From Octopus vulgaris (taxonomy: Eukaryota): DNA of 64,000 nt. The notes under the pieces are model-generated. The model did not search any database. It saw nothing but the letters and a program-made list of their open reading frames with translations, and was not told the origin of the DNA. The stretch spans positions 58,032,001-58,096,000 of the forward strand of contig OX597817.1 of NCBI GenBank assembly GCA_951406725.2, in the 5' to 3' direction. Of the stretch, positions 12,901 through 26,145 are shown piece by piece. The position numbers and the translations under genes are program-made. Position 1 is the first letter of the stretch; each line of letters opens with the position of its first letter.

Positions 12901-13602
12901 ACTCTCACTGCTACTCAACTGTTCTAGTCTACACAGCTGTGTTCCCGACATCTGTGCTTCCTCTATATCTACGTATTGGACTTGCCTACTTCATCGTCTG
13001 GGGGCGTCCACACAACGGTTGTTAATAATTAATTTTCTGGGAGAATTATCTCATCTTATTTGGACTATTTTATTTGCTTCGTTGCCTGAAATATTCACCC
13101 TACGTTGCTTAACCTTTCGATCAGCCATTTTGTATTGAAGATTTCTATCTCTTGTAATGATACATTGTATTGTAAATTCCCAAGTGTAGAAAAATTGTTG
13201 AACTTGGATTTATCGCGAGGTATTAAAATGTTATGATTTGATATTTTCTTTCGTATATTGCATGCAGCTTTCCTTTATCTACGGTCGTCTTTAACCGGGG
13301 GTTTCATAAAATTTACTTTAGCTTGCTTTATGTTGGCTCATAAGCTGTTGTTACTTGTATCGTCAACTTCCGGTTCAGTCACAACAAAATCTCATCGAAT
13401 TTTAGTAACACCGGAGTTAAGATTTATTGCCACAGATTTGCTGACACTGTAGGTTATGAGACGTCCAATAATGCTTCTCGGGCCTTACAGGCCAAGATCA
13501 ATATCAAAATTTCTATGAGTCGTCCAATACTAACGTTAGCAACATCATTATTATTATTGTTGTTGTTGTTGTTATTATTATTATTATTGAGTGATAGAGC
13601 AG
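8342..13602 (+). repeat. Copy B of the duplication
   Basis: See copy A. The offset drifts from 8341 to about 8301 because of microsatellite length differences. Confidence 0.95.
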
Positions 13603-14033
13603 TGCATGCCATCAAAGTGACACTGGGGTAAAATATAGGAAGCCCAGTATACCTATCATGACTACCGGTCTGACAAGGGTACACTAGGCACATGCATCAC
13701 AACCATATGTGCACGACATGGTGATCTCATATCAAGATAAGCAGCACATGACCTTGCAGGTGGGGCCCAGTTAAAATTTTCTTCAAGTCGAGTAACCCAT
13801 CCCGCTCAAACGGTCCCTGAATAAGGGTTGTTTAAGGATGTCGAACGAACCACCCATGTTTCCAAATGTGAATTATCAAAGCCTCCAAGAATTCCTTTCA
13901 ACACATGGCTATGATGCTCCCCCACTACTTCTGCTCGTGGTCAGAGATGCACATATAGTCAAACCACTAAGGGACATGCTCAACTGGTTAAGGTCAAACA
14001 ACTGACGAGCAAATCTGTGGCATTGAGCAGATT
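13588..14033 (+). mobile_element. ~445-bp interspersed repeat flanked by (TTA)/(TTG) microsatellites
   Basis: Reverse-complement homologue at about 45395-45838. Its first 14 nt are also what copy A ends in at the gap. Confidence 0.8.
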
Positions 14034-14062
14034 ATTAATATTATTAGGCCATTCTTCTTCTT

Positions 14063-14093
<31 letters not shown>

Positions 14094-14115
14094 TTATTAT
14101 TATTATTATTATTAT

Positions 14116-14161
<46 letters not shown>

Positions 14162-14517
14162 TGTAGTAGTAGTAGTAGTAGTAAACAGATCAATAACATT
14201 AATGTCATTGCCGGTATCACCATCATTATCAGTATCATCCCCGCTATATGTTCCTCTGTTTAAAGTAATACTAAATGAAGTACAACACTTATACTTGCGT
14301 GTTTTTACTAACTGGAAGACTGGATATTTGTTATTTCTCGTCGGTTGTTTTTTGTTCTGTGCGAGTTCGATCTGGAAGCAGTCAAGTCCATAGTCGAGGC
14401 ATTGAACACGGCTACGATTTGGAAACATAAATAAAAGCTTTGGAGTAGCACAGAACACTGAATAGTGTTACCGGTTCTCCTTTACACAGTTGTACTTCGA
14501 GGGCGTATTTGTCGTCA

Positions 14518-14575
<58 letters not shown>

Positions 14576-14669
14576 TAATATTAGGGTAAGAGTAATTAAA
14601 AAATTGTTTACTACCAGTGGCCTAGCGTGTAGAAAAATTAATCAATAGACTATATATACTCCACATAAA

Positions 14670-16014
14670 TACAGTGTACATTTAAACACATAAGAGGTAT
14701 CCATCATAGGATACCTGGCACGTTAGAGAGGACAGTTAAATTCCAAACCACTATTAGGGATAAAAATTCGAAGGGAACGAAAAATAATCCAATGATGGAT
14801 ACCTCTTATGTGTTTAAATGTACACTGTATATATATATTTATATTTTGTACTGTTGTTACTGTCCTGTTTTTGTTACCATTTTTACCCCTCCGCAAAAAG
14901 ATCTCAAATTTTATTTAATTTGCTTTTCGCGGGAAGGAAAGTTTCTATCGAAGATGCGTATCGCCTTCACCTTCGAAATTCAGAGTAGATGAAACCATGC
15001 GACTGAAGAAGGGGAATTTTCCTTGTGTTATTTGTCCTGTACTCATTTTTTCGTTGTTTAAGAAAAATGTCCAGTTCCTTGGTTTTGTATTTATGTTTTC
15101 GTTTCTCATTGTGTTCGACGTTTTTTTTGTGTCCTGTACCCATATATGCATGTATATATACATGTAAAGGTAGGTACGTACATATATGTATGTATATATG
15201 CGTATATTTTATTTATTAATTTATTATATGACGGAACGCACACATCCATTTCTAAGTAAGATTGTTCTTGATATTAATAATGATGCGCACTCTTGCCCTT
15301 TCTGTCACCTCCCTTTCTCAGCCTTCATTCTTTCTGGTTTCCTTTTCTTCTACCTTACTGTCTCTCCCTCTCTCTCTCTCTCTCATTCTTTCTGGTTTCC
15401 TCACAACCATTCCCTTTTTTCTCTCCCTTTCTCTTGCTCCTCCTCCTCCCTCCTGTCGTTGACCCGCGACGAGAGCTCTGCTACTGCCTTTCTGGCCTGG
15501 CGTCCTTGAAGTGTAGACGGCATTTTCTGTTGCTCCCTCGCCGTTCTCAAAACTAGCGTTCGTAATACTTTATCTCGTTCGGCTTAACAGCCCTTCTTGT
15601 CTTGTTATTCTCCTTGTCCTGTCTTTTACTGTTTATATTTTGTACTGTCGTTACTGTCCTGTTTTTGTTACCATTTTTACCCATCCGCAAAAAGATCTCA
15701 AATTTTATTTAATTTGCTTTTCGCGAGAAGGAAAGTTTCTATCGAAGATGCGTATCGCCTTCAAAACGCAGAGTAGATGAAACCATGCGACTGAAGAAGG
15801 GGAATTTTCCTTGTGTTATTTGTCCTGTACTCTTTTTTTCGTTGTTTAAGAAAAAATGTCCAGTTCCTTGGTTTTGTGTTTATGTTTTCGTTTCTCATTG
15901 TGTTCGACGTTTTTTTTGTGTCCTGTACCCATATATGCGTGTGTATATATATATATGTAGAGGTAGGTACGTACATATATGTATGTATATATGCGTATGT
16001 TTTATTTATTAATT

Positions 16015-16020
<6 letters not shown>
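14670..16020. mobile_element. Composite repeat between (TA)n arrays: short inverted arm plus two ~380-bp direct repeats (Penelope pseudo-LTR-like)
   Basis: Direct repeats at about 14836-15225 and 15632-16020. tacagtgtacatttaaacacataagaggtatccatcat (14670-14707) is inverted at 14792-14830. Confidence 0.6.
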
Positions 16021-16080
<60 letters not shown>

Positions 16081-16182
16081 TATATGGGGGATCTTTACAT
16101 ATCTTCATGTCGGAGCAATTGTAAACTTGTAAGAACGTCCGGCAACAGGCGAGTTTCTTTTTTCTCAAGTTTATTATTATTA

Positions 16183-16242
<60 letters not shown>

Positions 16243-16289
16243 GAAGTGCTGTTTGTTACCGTTCCATTATTACATCTGATACATTGTAG

Positions 16290-16319
16290 CGAACCTCCCC
16301 AAACTGATACGTGCTACAG
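16290..16319 (+). CDS. Candidate 30-nt symmetric micro-exon (S)EPPQTDTCY(S)
   Basis: Acceptor acattgtAG and perfect donor CAG|gtgagt. Phase 2 to 2 and stop-free, so it fits in frame between exons 6985-7104 and 26146-26269. There is no homology support. Confidence 0.4.
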
Positions 16320-16842
16320 GTGAGTACCCATTGTTGTCTCTTCAGATGCACAATGGAAAATACACGCTGCACTCATCTCTCTCTCTCTCTTTCAGTCTCT
16401 CCCTCGCGCGCGCTCTCTCTCCACCTCTCTCTCCAAAATCAGAAACTCATAAAGAAATTAGAAATCTCTAATGTCACCATGTCTATTTCTATCCCAACCA
16501 AAACACTTCACTTAACTACATTGATTACTCAAAAATATTGAGAAATGCATGAACATCACAACAACGTCATTTTGTCATTGCCTATAATGTTATGGTTTCT
16601 TAGCAATTTTTTAAAATCGTTTAAATTAGGTCATGCATGAATGAGATACATGCTATCAGGGACTCAAATTCACAGCAGTTTCAATTTCATGGTTTCGACT
16701 TCGAGCAGACCCTACTGACCTCTCGCACTCCTCATGATGTTGTGTGACAAACAGGCTTTTGTCTTCCACTGATTTATCTCATTGCGGAGCGGGTACTTTA
16801 TGGTTATGCATGCATGTAATACGGGTGGTATGGTAAGGTTGT

Positions 16843-17177
16843 GAAGGCGCATGACTTCGTGGTTAGAGCGTCGAGCTTACGATCGTGAGGTTGTGAGTTC
16901 GAATCCCGGACCGGGCTGTGTGTTGTGTTCTTGAGCAAGATACTTTATTTCACGTTGCTCCAGTTCACTCAGCTGTAAAAATGAGTTGCGATGTCACAGG
17001 TGCCAAGCTGTATCGGCCTTTGCCTTTCCCTTGGATAACACTGGTGGCGTGGAGAGGGGAGGCCGGTATGCATGGGCGACCGTTGGTCTTCCATAAACAA
17101 CCTTGCCCGGACATGTGCCTGGGAGGGTAACTTTCTAGGGGCAATCCCATGGTCAGTGTCGTGACCGAAGGGGGTCC
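16843..17177 (+). mobile_element. tRNA-derived SINE (family C)
   Basis: A box tggttagagcg and B box gagttcgaatcccgg, followed by gtgttcttgagcaagatactttatttcacgttgctccag. Partial minus-strand copy at about 21285-21427. Confidence 0.85.
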
Positions 17178-17929
17178 CAGATGGTCAGGTTGACTATAGT
17201 AGGGGTGTAGCTGTTGTGAAAGAGTAATGACGTCTATATTAGTCTTAAAAGAAGGGGAATCCTCATACATGAGTTATTGCTGGTCAAGTGCACTTACAGT
17301 TAAAGGCGTTCCACCCCTTTTTGGGGTTAGTTTTTCAGACGTATTCATATTTTTACTGCGTTAGATTGAGATTTGAGAGAGATTTAGTTACCATTTCTGG
17401 CAGATCAACGGGGATAAGTTGTGGTTCTTGATGATGTACGATGCTGGGATAGTGTCGTACATCACCCAATAACTCCCCCCACCGCCACAGCTAGTGAGAC
17501 AGGTTTATCACGTGACATTCTCGTCAACCTAGGATGTTAGAGAATTTGAACCAGCTTTTCTACTGATTTATGAGTTTCTGGTTTCAGTGTTTCTCCCTTC
17601 TTTTTCTCTTCTCTCTCCCTCTTCTCTCTCTCACCTCTCTCTACTCTCTCTAATTTCCTTAGTACAACTCCCTTTCTATCTTTGTTTCCGTCGTTCTTTC
17701 CTTTTTTATTTCTTTCTCTTTTTATCGACCACCTTCTCTCTCTCTCTCGTCTTCTCTGTCTAACTCTTTAACTTCTACCCACAATCATGCTTAACTCTCT
17801 CCTAATTTCATTTCAACAACCCAGTTATTTTCAACTTATATTTAATATTCCTGCCTTTCTTTCTGATTTTCTCTCTCATCCTCTCACTCTTTCTCTCTCT
17901 CTTGTTCTTCTTCTTTCCTTCGCTCCTTC

Positions 17930-18011
17930 TTTATCATGCTTTTTGTCTTTCCTTCACTCTCTCTCTCTCTCTCTCTCTTCTCGTCTCTCTCTTTTATGTT
18001 GCTCTTTGTCT

Positions 18012-18045
<34 letters not shown>

Positions 18046-18082
18046 TCTTTCTCGTCTCTCTCTTTTATGTTGCTCTTTGTCT

Positions 18083-18116
<34 letters not shown>

Positions 18117-18120
18117 TTGT
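17930..18120. repeat. Three ~65-bp CT-rich tandem units
   Basis: tgtctttccttcactctctctc...cttttatgttgctctt repeated. Confidence 0.75.
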
Positions 18121-18833
18121 TTAAATCACTACTCCTTTACTTAACCCCTCCCACACACACACAGTGCAGTATTTCCTCCTAATGATCACGTCCAACGTTT
18201 CCTACTTCTGTAGCTTTATCATCATTTCCAATTCCTAATTTGACTGTAGTTAGTCTTTTTTTCTTACATCTAATTGTAGTTATATTTCTCATTCTCTTAA
18301 ATCGGGAAGTGGTTCTTTTGTCTTTAGAGCTTCCTCACAGTTTCTTCGTCCTGTTGCTGATCAGATGAAATTCGGAGCTAACTAACCCCTTTTCGTTATA
18401 GTTCATTTCTTAGTTTTCTCCATTCTCTCTTATTTTCACAATAAATTTAATTAATTTTAGAAATGCATGAATTAAATTTTCACATAAAACCTGATAATTA
18501 AATGTCCTCTCTCTCTTTCTCTTTTATATACACGCATTCTCTTTTTGACTTCATACATAGCATTACTTATTCTGACCCAGTAGAGGTAAGACATTCTTAT
18601 TGTTCACTGAAAATTTTTCCTATCATGTCTGTAGTAGATTTGTGACTATTCGGTGGTACAGAAGTATTTTTTTACTTCTATTTTTAGCGATGTAGGTGCT
18701 CATGTAGTGCCCTTGTGTATATATGTACATATCTAATATTGTATGTATATATTTTATTAATTTGCCTGTACGGCTGATAATTCTCTTGCCACTCGTGACG
18801 GTATTTTAATAATACCATCCCTATATTTATTTA

Positions 18834-18905
<72 letters not shown>

Positions 18906-20068
18906 CACATACATATGTATATATTATATATGTGTGGGTGTATGAATTTATCTTTGCAAAATAGAAAGCAAGCAATATAACTGATATTTCAAATATGAAT
19001 TCCCTGCTGCTGTTTCAATAATCCTTACATACCATCATAGTCAAGTTATCAATTATGCAGCATAATTATAATTACGTTATAGCCAGTTCGATGTCGTATG
19101 CAACATTCTACACTGAAATAGAATATTCGGAGTTTTTTATGTGATGTTATAGATGGAGCTCTAAATTTTGTGGTTATTCCTAGTGCATATGCACCAAATT
19201 GGAAAATCGTACAAAGGCATGCGCGCGCACACACACACATGGAATGATATGAAATACTATTAAGTGAAAGCAAGTACTCAATACAAGAAAGTGGAACAGT
19301 ATGCTTTGAAATTCAAGTCTTCTCGTGAGCCCATTTGGTATTAATCTTTACCGATCCTCAGGCAAGTTCTGAGCTCAATTTGTTCCAAGTCCGGTTTTAC
19401 CTTTAATAATTAATACTTAATCGACTGACTGTAAACCAGAACGTAGTGTCCTTGCAACGTAAGAATCCTATATATGAAATCAGCAAAATTGTTTAAGACT
19501 AAAAACTTCATCTGGTGTGCGCTCGTCCTCTGTGCCATAGTTCTAATCTTGCTAAAGTAGATGTTGTATTTCAAACCAAAGGAATCAGCAAGAAGTATCA
19601 CTAATATACAAACACATATCCAGAGCAAACACATCTTTGAAATCGATCATCTGCGAGTCAAAAGAATTCAATATATTACATATTCCTCTGTTATCGTCCA
19701 TTTATTCAAGAACTAGAACCAGTCATTTTCAATGATAATAGAATTCCTTCATCATCATATACGGACTTCAATTTTTCATCATTTTGAATGCTTTATGTAC
19801 ACTCTGTCTAAATCACTCACTTTTGACCTTTAATAGGTATATCGACTCATCATAAGCTTATCGATTTTTCCTGATATTTCACTAATATAATCCATTTTAA
19901 TCTTTTATTTGCGGCAACTTTTCTTTGCATTTATTTTAATCAAGAGAAATTCTTAATCCATATTGGATGGAATTCACCGGCGAATTTTGACTTTTATGAA
20001 TTACTACAGACACTGCCTGTCTTCCAGTCTGTCTGTCTGTCAGTCTGTCTGTCTGTCTTTCAATCTGC

Positions 20069-20209
<141 letters not shown>

Positions 20210-20330
20210 AATCTATCTATCTATCTGTCTGTCTGCCTGCCGGTCTATCAATCTGTCTATCTATCCGTCTATTTATCTATCTATCTACGTGTATGTGCAT
20301 AAGTGTGTATATGTGTGTGCATGTATACAT

Positions 20331-20364
<34 letters not shown>

Positions 20365-21920
20365 TTCAGAGTGTTTTGTGTTGTCTTTGTTTAACAAGCG
20401 ATTTGTTCTAAGACTTTATATTGAAACTGAAGCAACTACAACATAGAATAAAATATAAAACAATAAAATTCGTTTTAAAATTTAGATTTATTTCATGATA
20501 AATTAAAATTTGAATTCAAGATGAATCGAACTGATGTATGTATTATTAAACGGTTCTCCTATGATGGAGCTGCAACCGTTTTTTTACTTTCCATTTTCAT
20601 TTTTCTTTCAAACTTTTTTTTCGTAATTTCGTAAGAGTTTCTTGAAGTTTGGTCTGGACTGTAAAGATCCCAAATCCATCATCACTATCTCAAGACCTGC
20701 CCGATATTTTCAAGAGAAAGTGATACTGACGTTTGTTGCTGTCCATTTAATGTAGCAGGGTTAATGTGGGTTGATGTGGGCAATATACGTTAGAATTTGT
20801 GTTTCTGATTATTACCCTTATACGTCATCAGTCATGTGCTTATGTTTTGTTTGTAACCATTCCATGTTATCTGTTAATTTATTTTAGCATTGTACAGTGT
20901 TACGAGTATTGTTTCTAGCATTAATCATCCATTTTGCTCGAATATTGTCCACGCATGTGTTATTTAGTTTCGTTTTGTGTTGTGAGTTGAAGTTCATTGC
21001 AAATGCTGTTTGTTAGAAGTCCATAGGGAGCCGACAGCACAATGTGGCATTTGTATGACCAACACCTCAGTTTGAAACATGACGTTTATAGATTTCACAT
21101 TTAACAAAGTATTATCTCCACCAGAGACAACTTTCCCTGGACAACTTTCCCTCATCATCCTCATCAACACCTGGGCATTACTGCGTCGAGCCCTAGGCCT
21201 CATAGAACCACATACTCATGACGTATAAATGACAAAGATCACAATATTCCTCCTGAAAGGGAGGCCAATTCGTTATGGGTTTACTCATTTACAGCTTAGT
21301 GGATTGGAGCAACGTGAAATAAAGTGTTTTGCTGAAGAACACAACACACCACACGGTCCGGGAATCGAAACTACAAGCTTACGATCTTGAGTGCAACACT
21401 GTAACGACTAGGCCACGCGCCTTCACAGCCTCCATACATCCGGAAATCCAAGACATAGTGATTTGATAGACGCATTTTTGAAACGGATGGTTTCCCTTCG
21501 CTGCAGCATCCCGGTTGGTAACAACGATATCCTTCGTCTGTTTGGCGTTCGATAACCTGATCGTCCTTAACCAATGAGAATTCGCTCAGTCAGTGCTTCG
21601 CTGCTAAGATACCGCTTCGTTCACCATGTTGGTCGGGTGCGCGTGTACGAGTGTATGTGAATGAGATTCTGAGTAGCAACAGTGCGGATCATCCATTGAT
21701 TCATTTCACACACATATACCCACACACATATACAAACACTCATGAACGCGCACGCGCGCGAATTGTATATGCGTACATATATACGTATATGCTTAAATAT
21801 GTCTCTCACCCACTCTCTCTCTTTCTCTCTACATACATACTTACATGCAAATATATACATACATACATACATACATACATACATACATACATACATACAT
21901 ACATACATACATACATACAT

Positions 21921-21969
<49 letters not shown>

Positions 21970-21975
21970 ATACAT

Positions 21976-22131
21976 GGAGTAGCTGTGTGGTAAGAAGCTT
22001 GTTTCCAAACCACATGGTTCCGGATTCAGTCCCATTGCGTTGCGCCTTGGGTAAGTGTCTTCTACTATAGCCTCAGGCCAACCAAAGCCTTGTGAGTGGA
22101 TTTGGTAGACGGAAACCGAAAGAAGCCTGTC

Positions 22132-22133
<2 letters not shown>
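21976..22133 (+). mobile_element. tRNA-derived SINE (family B, 5' part)
   Basis: ggagtagctgtgtggtaagaagctt...ggattcagtccc...gaaagaagcctgtcgt. Homologous to 22641, 26875, 50465 and 54752. Confidence 0.8.
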
Positions 22134-22190
<57 letters not shown>

Positions 22191-22196
22191 ATACAG

Positions 22197-22250
<54 letters not shown>

Positions 22251-22255
<5 letters not shown>

Positions 22256-22582
22256 TTGGTATAAGATAACAATTTCAGATACTTGTCTTAAACATTCAGA
22301 AATGCAAATTTATAATTCAGATGTATGGCATAAGATATTATTCCATTCAAATAACCATATATTTATGGTAAGACGTAGGTGATAAGACTATAGAAATATA
22401 AGAATATAAACATAAAAAATATTTAAAAAACATAAAAATATATAAGGAGTACCATGAAATTAAAAAATATAGTTAGAATAGATTAAAGGAGGCAAGTGAA
22501 ATTTTTATCTTATACCAAATTAAAATAGTTGTACTATATACTGGAGCCTTATCTCTATTAAAATGCTAGTATTCTCTCCCCC

Positions 22583-22643
<61 letters not shown>

Positions 22644-23081
22644 CGCAGGAGTGGCTGTTTGGTAAGTAGCTTGCTAACCAACCACATGGTTCCGGGTTTA
22701 GTCCCACTGCGTGGCATCTTGGGCAAGTGTCTTCTGCTATAGCCCCGGGCCGACCAATGCCTTGTGAGTAGATTTGGAAACTGAAAGAAGCCTGTCGTAT
22801 ATATGTATATATATATATAAGTGTGTGTGAATATGTTTGTGTGTCTGTGTTTGTTTCCCTAGCATTGCTTGACAACCGATGCTGGTGTGTTTACGTCCCC
22901 GTCACTTAGCGGTTCGGCAAAAGAGACCGATAGAATAAGTACTGGGCTTACAAAGAATAAGTCCCGGGGTCGATTTGCTCGACTAAAGGCGGTGCTCCAG
23001 CATGGCTGCAGTCAAATGGCTGAAACAAGTAAAAAGAGTAAAAAAAAAAGAGTAAAGAGTATATATATATATATATATAGA

Positions 23082-23154
<73 letters not shown>

Positions 23155-23480
23155 GTGGAGAGAATACTAGCATTTTAATAGAGATAAGGCTCCAGTATAT
23201 AGTACAACTATTTTAATTTGGTATAAGATAAAAATTTCACTTGCCTCCTTTAATCTATTCTAACTATATTTTCTAATTTCATGGTACTCCTTATATATTT
23301 TTATGTTTTTTAAATATTTTTTATGTTTATATTCTTATATTTCTATAGTCTTATGACCTACGTCTTACCATAAATATATGGTTATTTGAATGGAATAATA
23401 TCTTATGCCATACATCTGAATTATAAATTTGCATTTCTGAATGTTTAAGACAAGTATCTGAAATTGTTATCTTATACCAA

Positions 23481-23485
<5 letters not shown>
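22251..23485. repeat. Long inverted repeat: ~330-bp arms at 22251-22579 and 23157-23485
   Basis: atgatttggtataagataac...aaatgctagtattctctcc is the near-perfect reverse complement of ggagagaatactagcattt...gttatcttataccaaatcat. Confidence 0.9.
22641..23040 (+). mobile_element. Full-length tRNA-derived SINE (family B)
   Basis: ggcgcaggagtggctgtttggtaag...cactgcgtggcatcttgggcaagtg...gacaaccgatgctggtgtg...gctgaaacaagtaaaaagag. A 3'-part copy is at 23590-23785. Confidence 0.85.
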
Positions 23486-23558
<73 letters not shown>

Positions 23559-23803
23559 ATGTGTGTGTGTGTATGTGTGTGTATGTTTGTGTTCTGTGTT
23601 TGTCTCCCACCATCGTTTGACAACCGATGCTGGTGTGTTTACATCCCCGTAAATTAGCGGTTCGCCAAAAGAGGCCTATATAATAAGTACTAGGCTTACA
23701 AAGAATAAGTCCTGGGGTTGATTTGTTCGATTAAAGGCGGTACTCCAGCATGGCTGCAGTCAAATGGCTGAAAGAAATAAAAGAATATATATATGTATGT
23801 GTG

Positions 23804-23894
<91 letters not shown>

Positions 23895-23907
23895 GTATAT
23901 ATATATA

Positions 23908-25046
23908 CTAGCAGCATAGCCCGGCGTTGCCCGGGTATGTAAGAACCCCTAGTAGGCAACGACTAATCCCAATCTAGTCCTTTCCCTCTAGGGAACGAAG
24001 GCGCATGTGTAGGTTGCAATGTATGTCTTCTCTTCCCTCCCAAATAACTATCAAACAGCTATCGATAACCCAACCAATTCCTACCAGGAAGAAATTACAT
24101 TCGAGACTTTACCCCCAACACCACTACTTCTGCTAATAGCTGCTGCAGCCGCAAGTTATTCGTTTCCCCTTTTTGTTTAAACTTTCTTTATAACTACCAC
24201 CCCAAACGTTTTACCTTAAATTTTTGACGTACCCTAAGGGTCCTCGGACGCTACTTGCAAACTCTTGGTTTATTATAAACCGCTTTTGTCGTGTGCACCA
24301 AAAAACATTTTCCATTCGTTTGGTCACTTTTTACTTTTTCGTTGTTGTCACTCACATTGCTGCCCGCTTTTTTGCCGTTTTTGTACATTTTTATACATTT
24401 TGGGATACTTACCCCACGTGTTTCGAGAGTTAAAAAGGTCGAGTTGCGTCCCCTAGACAGTCTGTAGTTTGTGTTTAATACACAAATCGGTTTGCTATGT
24501 GTGCCACATATGATTTAATTAACCAATTTTTTCCAGTAATAAAGTATCCTATTGGAATCAAAAGGGCCATATAGCTCCTTGGAGCGGACATGATGCTCGC
24601 TGTGAATTTAAAAAAAAAAATTCCTGCCAATTTGTGAAAGATATTGTCGAAAATATGTCATCTTGAATTTGAACGCGATTTCCCAAAATGGCATGATTTT
24701 ATCGATTTTTTCTGATGGTAAGGTATTGCATGGAAAACTAACGTCAGAATTAAGTTTCTTAGGGTAACATTAAGCTTCATCATGAGTTTGGTGAAAATCG
24801 ATTGCAAGTTGCGAAAACTACAACAGAAAACGTGTTGCATATAAAAGGCTTAGATTCTCGACCCCATGTCGAATTTATCGATTATTTTCAGAACTGGGGG
24901 AACTTTTCAAAATTTTCGCTGTGTTAGTTTTGAATTAGGACATTGGGCTATGTGTGTGTCAAGTTTCATCAGAATCAGTTGAAAGCCGTGGTCAGGGTGA
25001 GGGTACAACCTGACAGACACACAGACACACAGACAGACAAACTGCC

Positions 25047-25055
<9 letters not shown>
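23908..25055 (-). mobile_element. Non-autonomous Helitron
   Basis: On the minus strand it ends in hairpin cccgggcaacgccggg plus CTAG|t, with a (GTCT)-type microsatellite near the 5' end. Both ends match the copy at 63277-63708. Confidence 0.8.
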
Positions 25056-25081
<26 letters not shown>

Positions 25082-25082
<1 letters not shown>

Positions 25083-25479
25083 TAGCAGTATCGCTCGGCG
25101 TTTCTCGGGTTTGTAAGGGAAATAACTATATAAGCATTTTTAGAGATGTAAAGTATAATAGTCATCTCAATATGGCTAACCACAAGGGGGGGTGTTACTG
25201 TAGCTTTTTACGTTCTGAGATTTAATAATAAATTTTTAGAGAGTTACTTCCCTTATATATGCCAAAAATGCATTAAAAATGGGAAAAATTGATGGTAATT
25301 TTTTTTTTAATCGTAGACTCATCGTAGACGCGCGCTAATACCCAGAAGGGCTCGATATGAATCACGACTATAAGATACCCGGTTTTGGTTAAACTGCACC
25401 GCAAAATGTGGGAGTAGTTAGGAATCTAAATCGTAGGAGACAGACAGCACACAACCTTACTTTTATTTATATATAAAGA
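25082..25479 (-). mobile_element. Second non-autonomous Helitron in tandem with the first
   Basis: The minus strand starts a|TCtttatatataa and ends with hairpin cccgagaaacgccgagcg plus CTAG|t. Confidence 0.75.
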
Positions 25480-25514
25480 TATACATACACACACATAGTG
25501 AAAGACAGGGAAAT

Positions 25515-25639
<125 letters not shown>

Positions 25640-26145
25640 ATATATTAATTGGTTTGAAAGCGCACCAAGCTGGCCAATGCCATAGAAAGCCATACTGGTA
25701 CATATGTCCGTTATATATTCTTCTTTCTCTTCTTTCCGCTCGTATCTGCTCAACGTTGATTTTTTTTCCTGCCATCTGTACCAGTAATATATTGTTATAA
25801 TATCCCGGTTATACTCTCACTATATATTTTTACTGTATGAATCTTTGATGGAGTGGAGGATTAAGAAACACAGCTTCCCCACGTTGTATAGTTTAAATAC
25901 GAATTCAATTGATACACGTGTAAGATGACAAAATAAATAAATCCTTGGGCCCCAGAGTGTTTGTCTGTGTCTATGTATGTCGATGTGTCTTTAAACTATT
26001 AACGAAAACATTACATTTTCATGCCTTTTCCTCTTTTCTTCTGCTCCTCCTCTCCTCCTCATCTCCCACCCGCTCCTCTTCCTCGATCATCGTCGCCATC
26101 CTCGTCCCCCAACGCCACTCTGTAAAAAAAACACCATTTTGTTAG

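Noticed and set aside
16244-16319. Longer exon EVLFVTVPLLHLIHCSEPPQTDTCY as a signal-peptide exon
   Set aside because: It needs a phase-1 start, which is incompatible with the phase-2 donor at 7104, and its acceptor is just the end of a (TTA)n tract. The 16290 acceptor fits better.
16843-16915. tRNA gene (also the heads at 5686, 22641 and 34650-34719)
   Set aside because: A and B boxes are present, but each continues into a shared SINE body found in several copies and lacks a clean cloverleaf.
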